From IMG/VR virus record IMGVR_UViG_3300029577_000022, positions 1 to 47,376 of that record: a stretch of 47,376 nt of DNA; one strand, given 5' to 3'. The DNA is from a virus. How positions within the stretch are numbered: the stretch's first letter is position 1; each line of letters starts with the position of its first letter. Both the position numbers and the translations under genes were made by a program. Positions 16,523-24,235 of the stretch are shown here, in pieces. The notes under the pieces are model-generated. The model was not told where the DNA came from. It saw only the letters and a list, made by a program, of their open reading frames with translations, and searched no databases.

Positions 16523-16879
16523 ATGAATACAATATCAGATATTTTGATGGATATAGACAGAGGTTGCCTTGCTAATAATATGATTGAGGATTGCTTCACA
16601 TACAGAATTGTATATTTTGTCAATGAGGGAAACAACGGAAAGAAATATTATCTTGACAGCTCATACAGAGATTTACGGAAATCATTGGAAAGTATTATTA
16701 GAGGGAATTTAACCTTGACAAATAATGTTGTTATAGCAGAGACAACAGTATTAAAAAGAGGGAAATGTACTTGCTTACAGAGTAGGTCATATTCATTCAA
16801 TTTAGAAGAGTATTTCAAGCGGATCAAGGGAGAATGTAACAGTAACAGAAATAATCAGTATTGCAGATATGCAGGATAA
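16523..16879 (+). CDS. Hypothetical protein
   Basis: 118-aa ORF with a GAGG ribosome-binding site. Confidence 0.5.
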   Translation: MNTISDILMDIDRGCLANNMIEDCFTYRIVYFVNEGNNGKKYYLDSSYRDLRKSLESIIRGNLTLTNNVVIAETTVLKRGKCTCLQSRSYSFNLEEYFKRIKGECNSNRNNQYCRYAG

Positions 16880-17134
16880 ATGGAAAGGCAGGATACATAT
16901 ATGTTCAATTTTAGAATAATCAATACAGCAGACGGAAACCAGATTATTGATAGAAACTTAAAAACTCCATATGAGGCACTTACACCAACGCAAATGTTGG
17001 AATACATGGAAATGGATAACAGCCTTGCTTTTATGGACAGGGTGGAACGTAAAGCCAAACAGAAAGCGGAGCAGACGAGGAAACTTGCAAAGAACCCATT
17101 GTATAAAATGGCTTGCATGGTTGGCTTGATATAA
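16880..17134 (+). CDS. Hypothetical protein
   Basis: 84-aa ORF abutting the upstream stop. An alternative start is ATG 16901. Confidence 0.5.
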   Translation: MERQDTYMFNFRIINTADGNQIIDRNLKTPYEALTPTQMLEYMEMDNSLAFMDRVERKAKQKAEQTRKLAKNPLYKMACMVGLI

Positions 17135-17152
17135 GGATATGGGTGATAAGGA

Positions 17153-17386
17153 ATGTATAAAAATTATGTCTATTTTAATAAAGAAAAGTCCATTGAAAAA
17201 TATAAGCAGAAAATGTTTGACAATAGTATTTTTTCAAACATGAGAAAAGTCAATCAAGGAAAAAAGGAAGAGGTATATAAAAACCACGAGGCTTTAATTT
17301 GTATAGGAAAGAGAATTGTTAGCTTTTTAATCTATGATGAATACAATGCGAAAATGATAGAGGCAGTAAAGACATTGAACGAATAA
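17153..17386 (+). CDS. Hypothetical protein
   Basis: 77-aa ORF. Confidence 0.5.
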   Translation: MYKNYVYFNKEKSIEKYKQKMFDNSIFSNMRKVNQGKKEEVYKNHEALICIGKRIVSFLIYDEYNAKMIEAVKTLNE

Positions 17387-17405
17387 GGAAAGGACTGAAA
17401 GCAAA

Positions 17406-17714
17406 ATGATTACATCAAAATTTTTCAATATGGGACAGGTAGTAACTACAAGATTAATCAATGATCTTATGGCAGCGGAACAGAAATTTGCGGTTGAGGT
17501 AACAGTTGCATTACAGAGATTTGCAGTTAAAGACTGGGGAGATATGGACGCAGAAGATAAACAGACAAATGAGGATGCTTTGAATTATCCAGATGATTTA
17601 TATGTTATGGGTGTTTACAATACCTCAAAAGGCAGAATTTGGATTATTACAAATCGAATCTCCGAAACACCAGGAGACAATGCGACAACAGTTTGTTTCC
17701 CAGATGAAAGATAA
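17406..17714 (+). CDS. Conserved-looking mobile-element protein of unknown function
   Basis: 102 aa. The C-terminal KGRIWIITNRISETPGDNATTVCFPDE pattern feels familiar from plasmid/ICE genes, but I cannot name the family. Confidence 0.55.
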   Translation: MITSKFFNMGQVVTTRLINDLMAAEQKFAVEVTVALQRFAVKDWGDMDAEDKQTNEDALNYPDDLYVMGVYNTSKGRIWIITNRISETPGDNATTVCFPDER

Positions 17715-17735
17715 AAGGAAACTGTAAAGGATGAA

Positions 17736-17761
17736 AGGACAGTCTGAAATATGGCTGTCCT
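17736..17761 (+). terminator. Hairpin, possibly a terminator or attenuator
   Basis: Stem aggacag/ctgtcct. The T-run is weak. Confidence 0.35.
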
Positions 17762-17783
17762 TAATGGAAAAGAGGTTGATATT

Positions 17784-18311
17784 ATGGCTTATATACTTAC
17801 AAATGGAAATTATTACATAACAGTTACAGACACAGGAAAGACAACAAAAACGAATAATATAGATGAAGCAAAGTTATTTGCAACTATTGGTAAAGCACAA
17901 GAGAAAATCAAGAAAGCACCAGCAAAAACGAAAAATTATTATATTGAGGATATAGATACGAATGTAAAAATACAATGTAATGCAGATGGAAAAATCAAGC
18001 GAAAAAGATATTCTGATAATGTAAAGAAATTGCTTTATATGAATGCAAATGGAAAATGTGCTTTATGTGGTAGGAAGTTGTTATTTGAAGATATAACGAT
18101 TGACCATAAAATTCCTTTGGCTTGTGGCGGTGCTGATTCTGTGGAAAATTTACAAATTTGTTGTCTGGAAGATAACCAGTTCAAAGGTTCAATAATGCCT
18201 GATGATTTTATGGAACGGATAACGAGAATTTTTCTATATCAGATGGATCAGAAAGAAAGCAAGCGGTTATTATGGAAGATTGTGCATAAAATATTAAATA
18301 AGATGATATAA
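17784..18311 (+). CDS. HNH endonuclease
   Basis: The motif CALCGRKLLFEDITIDHKIPLACGGADSVENLQICCLEDNQFKG is present. ATG 17784 lies after the hairpin, whereas the track start 17751 lies inside it. Confidence 0.8.
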   Translation: MAYILTNGNYYITVTDTGKTTKTNNIDEAKLFATIGKAQEKIKKAPAKTKNYYIEDIDTNVKIQCNADGKIKRKRYSDNVKKLLYMNANGKCALCGRKLLFEDITIDHKIPLACGGADSVENLQICCLEDNQFKGSIMPDDFMERITRIFLYQMDQKESKRLLWKIVHKILNKMI

Positions 18312-18317
18312 GCGAAA

Positions 18318-18344
18318 AGAGTGCTGATTTTTGGCACTCTTTAT
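18318..18344 (+). terminator. Rho-independent terminator
   Basis: Stem agagtgc/gcactct followed by tttat. Confidence 0.5.
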
Positions 18345-18353
18345 GTACCCATA
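18342..18353 (+). promoter_or_regulatory. Sixth copy of operator TATGTACCCATA, upstream of the RHH gene
   Basis: The 12-mer is identical to the 13.9-14.05 kb array. Confidence 0.8.
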
Positions 18354-18394
18354 GAATTTTATTGAAAAAACGGAGGAGGTGTTGTATACTTATT

Positions 18395-18661
18395 ATGAAA
18401 AAGTATATAGAAACGGAGGGTTACATTGTGGCTTCTGCGACTGATAAACAAAAAGATAGTTTAAAAGAATATATGAAGAAAATTAAAGATATAAAATTAA
18501 GAGTTCCAGAGGAATATCTACAACTAATCAAGGATCATGCAAAATCAAAAGGGATGAGTGTTAATCAATTAGTAATCTCATTGCTTGAAAAGGATATGGG
18601 GATAGATATTGTTACAGTAAGGGAACAAAACAAGCAAAATAAGGAAAATGAGGATGAATAA
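18395..18661 (+). CDS. Ribbon-helix-helix (Arc/CopG-like) DNA-binding protein
   Basis: LRVPEEYLQLIKDHAKSKGMSVNQLVISLLEKDMG matches the RHH pattern. Confidence 0.6.
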   Translation: MKKYIETEGYIVASATDKQKDSLKEYMKKIKDIKLRVPEEYLQLIKDHAKSKGMSVNQLVISLLEKDMGIDIVTVREQNKQNKENEDE

Positions 18662-18714
18662 TAGCATATAAAGAAACGACGATTTCATCCGAAAATTTAA
18701 AGGAGGTATGACCT

Positions 18715-18939
18715 ATGACAGCATTAAGACAGAGTGCAATAATGGAACTGGAAAAGATACCAGAAGATAAGTTATCCTTTGTAATTCAGATTATGCAGGG
18801 TGTAAATGGATTGTACAATGATTCTAATAAGGAAAGGAAAGAAGCCTTTGCAAGATTAGAACAGTTACGTAAAAAGGGAACTGTTACCGATGATGATGCA
18901 GAATTAGCTTCTTACAGGGAAGATAAATATGGTAGGTAA
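18715..18939 (+). CDS. Antitoxin-like small protein (partner of the PIN toxin)
   Basis: 74 aa. It overlaps the PIN gene by 11 nt. Confidence 0.55.
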   Translation: MTALRQSAIMELEKIPEDKLSFVIQIMQGVNGLYNDSNKERKEAFARLEQLRKKGTVTDDDAELASYREDKYGR

Positions 18940-19342
18940 AATTCTGATTGATACCAATGTATTACTTGATTATCTTCTTGGAAGAGAACCCTTCTTTGAG
19001 GATGCAAAGAAAGTAATCTCGTCATGTACCGAGGAAAATACAAAAGGTTGCATTGCAGCGCATTCTATTTCTAATATGTTCTTTATATTAAGGAAAGATT
19101 ATACTGCAAAGGAAAGAAGAGAAATATTATCAAACCTATGCACGATTTTTGATGTAGAGGGCATAGACAAAGCAAAATTATTATCTGGTCTTGCAAATGA
19201 GGAGTTCTCTGATTTTGAGGATTGCTTACAAATGGAATGTGCAAAAAGTTATGGAGCAGAATATATTGTGACAAGAAATGTATCGGATTATTCAGTATCA
19301 GACATAAAGGCAATTCTGCCAAGTGAATACTTAGGACTATAA
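18929..19342 (+). CDS. PIN-domain toxin (VapC-like)
   Basis: ILIDTNVLLDYLLGREPF at the N-terminus, with later acidic residues (FSDFEDCLQ). Confidence 0.75.
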   Translation: MVGKILIDTNVLLDYLLGREPFFEDAKKVISSCTEENTKGCIAAHSISNMFFILRKDYTAKERREILSNLCTIFDVEGIDKAKLLSGLANEEFSDFEDCLQMECAKSYGAEYIVTRNVSDYSVSDIKAILPSEYLGL

Positions 19343-19348
19343 TAAACA

Positions 19349-19388
19349 AAGCACCAACGGAAAGAAGCATATCTTTCTGAAGGTGCTT
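19349..19388. terminator. Hairpin between convergent genes (bidirectional terminator candidate)
   Basis: Outer stem aagcacc/ggtgctt and inner stem gaaaga/tctttc. Confidence 0.5.
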
Positions 19389-19391
19389 AGT

Positions 19392-19655
19392 TTAATCCTG
19401 CTGCTTGTTATGAATTTTATCAACAGCTTTTTCTAATTCTATTGTCTGCCAGCGTTTGCGGATGATTTGACTTTGTAATTCTGATAATCTTTTATTTGTG
19501 TAGTGTTCCATCCAATTCATAAGAAAAGATGGTATATGCTTTTCTGGTATCTTTTGAATGATAGCGAATATCAAATTTTCTAAGTGGTCATAAATCTTAT
19601 GTAAAAAATCTTTGAAGCGGTTCGGCTTCTGAATCTCAATATTTATGTGAATCAA
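19392..19655 (-). CDS. Hypothetical protein
   Basis: 87-aa ORF. The TTG start directly abuts GGAAGGAG, which is poor spacing, so the start is uncertain. Confidence 0.4.
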   Translation of the reverse strand: MIHINIEIQKPNRFKDFLHKIYDHLENLIFAIIQKIPEKHIPSFLMNWMEHYTNKRLSELQSQIIRKRWQTIELEKAVDKIHNKQQD

Positions 19656-19717
19656 CTCCTTCCATATATAGTATAGCGGTAAAAATGCAATGCTACAAGT
19701 GAAAATGGAAACTGTCT

Positions 19718-19744
19718 ATAAAGGTGTCATTTTACGGAGAATAC
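19718..19744 (+). promoter_or_regulatory. Element-specific promoter-like motif, site S5 (ATAAAG-N12-GGAGAATAC)
   Basis: Matches the bipartite consensus described in the findings. It is the weakest member. Confidence 0.35.
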
Positions 19745-19779
19745 TTATTATGTAAGGAAATGTATTTGTAAAGGTGTCA
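19719..19779 (+). repeat. Direct repeats TAAAGGTGTCA (19719 and 19769) upstream of the serine recombinase. Candidate res or operator subsites.
   Basis: Two exact 11-mers lie 50 bp apart. Confidence 0.5.
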
Positions 19780-19840
19780 ATTCTATTTACAGATATATCC
19801 GAAAAGTGACAAGTGTTTTACGAACAGAAAGGACAGTAAT

Positions 19841-20494
19841 ATGAAAAATGAAGTATGGGGATATGCAAGAGTTTCTACAAAAGAACAGAATCTTGCACGA
19901 CAAATTGAACAGTTAAAAGAGTTTGGAATATCTGAGAGAAATATTAAGTGTGACAAAATAAGCGGAAAGACATTTAATCGAATGGAATACAACGCATTAG
20001 TTGGAACAGAAACAACAGCACCAACTTTAAGAGAGGGAGATTTGCTTGTTATTGTCAGTCTTGATAGGTTGGGTAGAAACTATACGGAAATCAAGGAACA
20101 GTGGAACTATATTATCAATGTTATTGGAGCAGATATTGTTGTGTTGGATATGCCATTACTCGACACAAGGCAATCTGGTGATAATCTTGATAAAAGATTT
20201 ATTGCTGACCTGGTATTACAGATTTTGTCTTATGTGGCACAAAAGGAACTTGAAAACACAAGACGTAGACAAAAACAGGGAATGGATGTTATGCCAGTAA
20301 TCAATGGAAAGAAAACTTCTTTAAAGACAGGCAGACCAACAGGCAGACCAAACGCACAGTTTCCCGATAATTGGAAAGATTACTATGAAAAATGGAGACT
20401 AGGAGAAATGACAGCAACAAAGTGTATGGAAATACTGAATTTGAAAAGGTCAACATTTTATAAGCTGGTTAAGATTTATGAAAAGGATCTGTGA
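19841..20494 (+). CDS. Serine recombinase (resolvase/invertase family)
   Basis: VWGYARVSTKEQNLARQ contains the catalytic Ser motif, and there is a C-terminal HTH (RSTFYKLV). Confidence 0.85.
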   Translation: MKNEVWGYARVSTKEQNLARQIEQLKEFGISERNIKCDKISGKTFNRMEYNALVGTETTAPTLREGDLLVIVSLDRLGRNYTEIKEQWNYIINVIGADIVVLDMPLLDTRQSGDNLDKRFIADLVLQILSYVAQKELENTRRRQKQGMDVMPVINGKKTSLKTGRPTGRPNAQFPDNWKDYYEKWRLGEMTATKCMEILNLKRSTFYKLVKIYEKDL

Positions 20495-20567
20495 ATTTAA
20501 TACAAGGATGTAGAAATATAGAGAAACATTATATGAAGCATTTACCAAAGATGGGAGGCATAGACAG

Positions 20568-20795
20568 ATGAAAAGACAAGTAGCATATAAGCAAGGATAT
20601 AAAATTGTAATCTGTGGAAAATTTTATGAGGTGGCAGATACAAAGAGGATTTTACATTATGGAAATCTATCTCATATACCGACAGTACAAGAGGTATGGA
20701 ATAAAACAATAGGAATACAGTTAGCAGAAGAGAATTATAAAGTACATAGGAATAACGCATATAGCAGATTGAGAGGAAAAGCCCTTGAAGCATAA
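20568..20795 (+). CDS. Hypothetical protein
   Basis: 75-aa ORF with a GGGAGG ribosome-binding site. Confidence 0.5.
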   Translation: MKRQVAYKQGYKIVICGKFYEVADTKRILHYGNLSHIPTVQEVWNKTIGIQLAEENYKVHRNNAYSRLRGKALEA

Positions 20796-20885
20796 AGAAT
20801 CAAATAATCATAAGTGTATCAGATTTGTTATATCTCTGATTATACTTTGCGGTTTATTTTATTTATCGTGGAGGTGGAAATTATA

Positions 20886-21068
20886 ATGGATGAAATTTTT
20901 GAAAGTCAGGCTTTTTGTAATGGAGTTGCTGTAGGAATCAACCTTTATCAGCAAAAGGTTATTATGGCACATGAGAATAATGAAGCTATTAAGATTAATG
21001 GAGAATTATATTATATCCAAAGCGGAAAGGAACGATTGCAGGAAATGATTGATAAAATGCGTAAATAG
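20886..21068 (+). CDS. Small hypothetical protein (60 aa)
   Basis: ATG follows GGAGGTGG. It is the internal start of track ORF 20814..21068. Confidence 0.5.
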   Translation: MDEIFESQAFCNGVAVGINLYQQKVIMAHENNEAIKINGELYYIQSGKERLQEMIDKMRK

Positions 21069-21372
21069 CTTATCGAACCATATATCGCAAAATGCGTAAA
21101 TACGTGATTTTCCTATACTTTTTTGCTTAGGAAGTACGATAACCTACCTATTCACTAGGGATTAAATGACATCGTAAAAACTTTGTAACTACAATGTAAT
21201 TATAAATTGATATGCAAAATATTGAATTGCATATACAATTTGGATTTTCGCTGTAAGTACAATAGATTTTAATAATTTTTGTTGGAAGAGGCTTATCGTA
21301 AATAGAAAGCAATTTTTCAATGTAACCAGTAATGTTACAACAAAACCACAAAAAGAAAGAGAGGTCAACACA

Positions 21373-21750
21373 ATGAAAATAAACGTAGAAACAAAATTTG
21401 AAGTAGGACAGGAAGTTTTTCTTATTAAGAAACAGAAAAAAGTAATCGAGACAAAAGCTACCTGCGACATATGTTTTGGAACTGGTAGTATTTCATATAA
21501 AGGATATGACATGAGTTGTCCTAAGTGTCATGGAAATAGAAGCATTGTATTAGATTCAAAAGATAGGATGATATATGCAGTAGAAGATCCATGTAAAATT
21601 ATTAGCTGTAGATATATGATTACCCAAAAGGAATCTTGTTTATATTACAAAACAAGCGGTAGAAATAGTCTTGTTCCAGAAAATGAAATATTTGCCACAC
21701 AGGAAGAAGCAGAAACCAGATGCAACAAACTTAACAATGAGGTACAGTAA
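21373..21750 (+). CDS. Protein with a DnaJ-type CxxCxGxG zinc finger
   Basis: The motif CDICFGTGSISYKGYDMSCPKCHGNR is present. Confidence 0.6.
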   Translation: MKINVETKFEVGQEVFLIKKQKKVIETKATCDICFGTGSISYKGYDMSCPKCHGNRSIVLDSKDRMIYAVEDPCKIISCRYMITQKESCLYYKTSGRNSLVPENEIFATQEEAETRCNKLNNEVQ

Positions 21751-21752
21751 CC

Positions 21753-22118
21753 ATGATTAAAAATATAAAAAATAATGATATGAAAAGCTATGCAAAGAAA
21801 TTGAAAGCATATACCTATTACTCTTATATATCCTTAACAGCATGGATATTAAGCGGTGTAATACTTGCGGTTTTACTTATAACCGACATTAAATTACCAA
21901 TTATCAGTTTAATTGTGTTACTGGTAGCTTGCGGAATTGATTTGTATATATCTCATAAGAAGAAACAATTAGGAGTAGAGGAAGGAATTACACAAGCATT
22001 TCTTGTAAATGATGATACAGGCGAAAAAATCAAAATCAACATGCTAAAGATTGACAAGATGGAAGAGTTGTTAAATTTCTTAGGAATCGAATTTACGGAA
22101 AGCACTGTAGAGAATTAA
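21753..22118 (+). CDS. Membrane protein (two transmembrane segments)
   Basis: Hydrophobic segments ISLTAWILSGVILAVLLI and PIISLIVLLVACGIDLYI. Confidence 0.55.
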   Translation: MIKNIKNNDMKSYAKKLKAYTYYSYISLTAWILSGVILAVLLITDIKLPIISLIVLLVACGIDLYISHKKKQLGVEEGITQAFLVNDDTGEKIKINMLKIDKMEELLNFLGIEFTESTVEN

Positions 22119-22133
22119 ATAAGGAGGTACAAG

Positions 22134-22346
22134 ATGAGCATAAAAATTGAATACGACTATGACATAAACCAGGTATTTATCAGCAACAATAATAAATCAA
22201 TTCCAATAGACAGGACAGAGGTAGCAAGAATTGAGACTATTCTGGAAGCATTGGAAATTCCATACACTGAAAAGTTGGGTAAGGTCTTTCTATTTGATAA
22301 GGAAATAGCCGATGAAGATAGGCAGACAATGTTAAAGGCTGGTTAG
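22134..22346 (+). CDS. Hypothetical protein
   Basis: 70-aa ORF with an AAGGAGG ribosome-binding site. Confidence 0.55.
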   Translation: MSIKIEYDYDINQVFISNNNKSIPIDRTEVARIETILEALEIPYTEKLGKVFLFDKEIADEDRQTMLKAG

Positions 22347-22384
22347 CATCATAGCATTATAATAAGGAAGAAATAGGTTATATT

Positions 22385-22543
22385 ATGATAGATACAAATA
22401 TTGAATCATTAGCAATCAAAGCGGAAATTAAACAGAGACTTAGAAATGAGATGGAGAATAGTATATCAGAGGATGATATGAAATTCGTTCTAAAAACATT
22501 TGACGATGTATCAAGCCGATTCAGATTTTCCAAGGAAAAGTAG
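22385..22543 (+). CDS. Small hypothetical protein (52 aa, below the track cutoff)
   Basis: The sequence reads MIDTNIESLAIKAEIKQRLRNEMENSISEDDMKFVLKTFDDVSSRFRFSKEK. The antisense track ORF 22378..22560 is judged spurious. Confidence 0.4.
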   Translation: MIDTNIESLAIKAEIKQRLRNEMENSISEDDMKFVLKTFDDVSSRFRFSKEK

Positions 22544-22740
22544 ATAGAAAAAATCGGCAAGGTATGTTATACTCATTAGGTATTAAGGGCGTGATGAACC
22601 CTTGATATACATTTTTTGATCATAGGATTACCTATAGATTGAAATTGTTTTGTTGTTGAAAAGTCATGGCTGTAATAAGTCATGGCTTTTCTGTTTATGT
22701 AGAAAGAATTGTATTTGTGGAAATTCTGCAATCTGTTATA

Positions 22741-22806
22741 ATAGGTATTACATAGAAATATGAAAAATAAGATTTGCAAAGGAGATATATGTAATACATA
22801 TAAGCA
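22741..22806 (+). promoter_or_regulatory. Operator-like boxes B1 (ATAGGTATTACATA) and B2 (GTAATACATATAAGCA) flanking promoter-like site S7
   Basis: B1 recurs exactly at 23384. B2 matches 23388..23403 at 15 of 16 positions. Confidence 0.55.
22763..22790 (+). promoter_or_regulatory. Element-specific promoter-like motif, site S7 (AAAAAT-N12-GGAGATATAT)
   Basis: Matches the bipartite consensus. It lies 68 nt upstream of the 22858 start. Confidence 0.45.
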
Positions 22807-22857
22807 ATTTGAAATAATGGATATGCACTATATAGGTACTACATATAAATAATATAT

Positions 22858-23370
22858 ATGAGTGAAAGCAAAGTGTCGGATTCACAGAAACAAGCCCAGA
22901 AAAGATATGATAAGAAAATAAAGATGGTGTCAGTAAAATACACTCTTTCCGAAATGGAAGAATACACACAGCTAAAAGAATATCTGGAAAAGACAAATCA
23001 AAGTATGAACGGATTTGTTAAAGCTCTAATCAGAGCTTATTTTGAATCAGGTAAGGGTACAATATATGAAAGACCACTTGAAAAGAAACTTCATAATACA
23101 AGAACATACCATAACTACAAAAATATAACTATAGATGATATGCAACCTTTGATAGATTATTTTGGAGAAACACAAACACGGGCGTTATTATTCAAATATG
23201 AAAAAATTTTTAAAGATGCTGTTTTAGCTGAAAGAGAAGAGTATGAGACAAAATTATTGATATGGATGGAAGATGTTATGAAAAGAGTTGAACAAGGTGA
23301 GTTTGAGGATATGAAACGAAATGAAAAATACCATAAGTTAAAGGCTGAATTGATTGAATTGATGAAATAG
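22858..23370 (+). CDS. Putative ribbon-helix-helix DNA-binding protein with a C-terminal extension
   Basis: KKIKMVSVKYTLSEMEEYTQLKEYLEKTNQSMNGFVKALIRAYF matches the RHH pattern. The gene is flanked by the B boxes. Confidence 0.5.
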   Translation: MSESKVSDSQKQAQKRYDKKIKMVSVKYTLSEMEEYTQLKEYLEKTNQSMNGFVKALIRAYFESGKGTIYERPLEKKLHNTRTYHNYKNITIDDMQPLIDYFGETQTRALLFKYEKIFKDAVLAEREEYETKLLIWMEDVMKRVEQGEFEDMKRNEKYHKLKAELIELMK

Positions 23371-23383
23371 AAAAAATAATCAG

Positions 23384-23403
23384 CATAGGTATTACATATA
23401 AGC
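23384..23403 (+). promoter_or_regulatory. Operator-like box B3 (ATAGGTATTACATATAAGCA)
   Basis: It combines the B1 and B2 sequences. It sits between the RHH gene and site S1. Confidence 0.55.
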
Positions 23404-23458
23404 ACTATATAAAGATTTTGAAATATAAGTCTTTGTATGGTGCTTTTTTAATTTGCAC

Positions 23459-23485
23459 AAAAATACAAAAACAAGTGGAGAATAT
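23459..23485 (+). promoter_or_regulatory. Element-specific promoter-like motif, site S1 (AAAAAT-N12-GGAGAATAT, exact 12-mer AGTGGAGAATAT)
   Basis: One of three exact 12-mer copies. It lies upstream of the tubR-like/tubZ-like genes. Confidence 0.55.
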
Positions 23486-23502
23486 TATGTTGAAAGGGTT
23501 GA

Positions 23503-23611
23503 TTGCAAAACATTTCATAAAAATTTTCTCATTCTATGGAAATCTGATAAGAGAATGTTTTGAAAAAAATTTTTGATGGTGTAGAAATTTTGCAAAAAAC
23601 AATTTTCAAAA
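23503..23611. repeat. Cluster of T4-(G/C)n-A4 palindromic boxes, including a perfect TTTTGCAAAA at 23588. Candidate centromere (tubC-like).
   Basis: The boxes are ttgcaaaa at 23503, ttttgaaaa at 23558, ttttgcaaaa at 23588 and ttttcaaaa at 23603. The AT-rich background lowers their significance. Confidence 0.3.
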
Positions 23612-23692
23612 GGCGAATAAGTATATAGAGGGCAGAAATGCCAATATATTTTTTAACATTTAATGACGAGAGACAAGGAGGTGTGGAAAGTA

Positions 23693-23938
23693 ATGACAAA
23701 ATTTGATTATGAAATTCTAATGTTACTTTGTAATCAGAATGTGGACAATCCATTAAAAGCTATGAATATTTCACAGATATTAGAAGAAATTTCAGTAGCA
23801 AAAAGAAAATCATACAGTACAACATACAGGCATTTGCAGAGTATGAGCAAACAAGGATATGTGGAATGTGGTCTGATAGATGGATTGGCAAGCACATATT
23901 ATATTAGCGAACTTGGAAAAGCCTACTATAAATCATAG
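23693..23938 (+). CDS. tubR: Winged-helix DNA-binding protein, TubR-like (copy 1)
   Basis: 81 aa. ISQILEEISVAKRKSYSTTYRHLQSMSKQGYVECG...TYYISELG matches the wHTH pattern, and the gene sits immediately upstream of the tubulin-like gene. AAGGAGG ribosome-binding site. Confidence 0.55.
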   Translation: MTKFDYEILMLLCNQNVDNPLKAMNISQILEEISVAKRKSYSTTYRHLQSMSKQGYVECGLIDGLASTYYISELGKAYYKS

Positions 23939-23957
23939 CAGAATGGAGGTAAGAATT

Positions 23958-24230
23958 TTGAAAGTCATTAGTTATTTGATACTTAGTTGGTTATATAGAA
24001 CTGATGCAAAAAGCAAAATTATAGCAGCCACAAGAAAAATGATACTTGATGGACTTGCAGAAGAAGGAACAAGTTATTGTGATAAGACCATTTATAACAA
24101 CCTTAGAAATCTGATACAAGGTGGGTATGTAAAAAATGGAATGCCAGTAGGTAATACATATACATATTACATTACATCTAAAGGTATGAATTGGTTAAAA
24201 GAAATGGAAGAGGAAGAAACGGAGGAATAA
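23958..24230 (+). CDS. Winged-helix DNA-binding protein, TubR-like paralog (copy 2)
   Basis: TIYNNLRNLIQGGYVKNG...TYYITSKG parallels copy 1. The TTG start lies 7 nt after GGAGGT, and ATG 23943 is an alternative. Confidence 0.5.
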   Translation: MKVISYLILSWLYRTDAKSKIIAATRKMILDGLAEEGTSYCDKTIYNNLRNLIQGGYVKNGMPVGNTYTYYITSKGMNWLKEMEEEETEE

Positions 24231-24235
24231 TTATT

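Noticed and set aside
23487-23576. A 29-codon ORF (MLKGLIAKHF...) in the region upstream of the tubR-like gene
   Set aside because: It has no ribosome-binding site and overlaps the palindromic boxes. It is more plausibly regulatory DNA.
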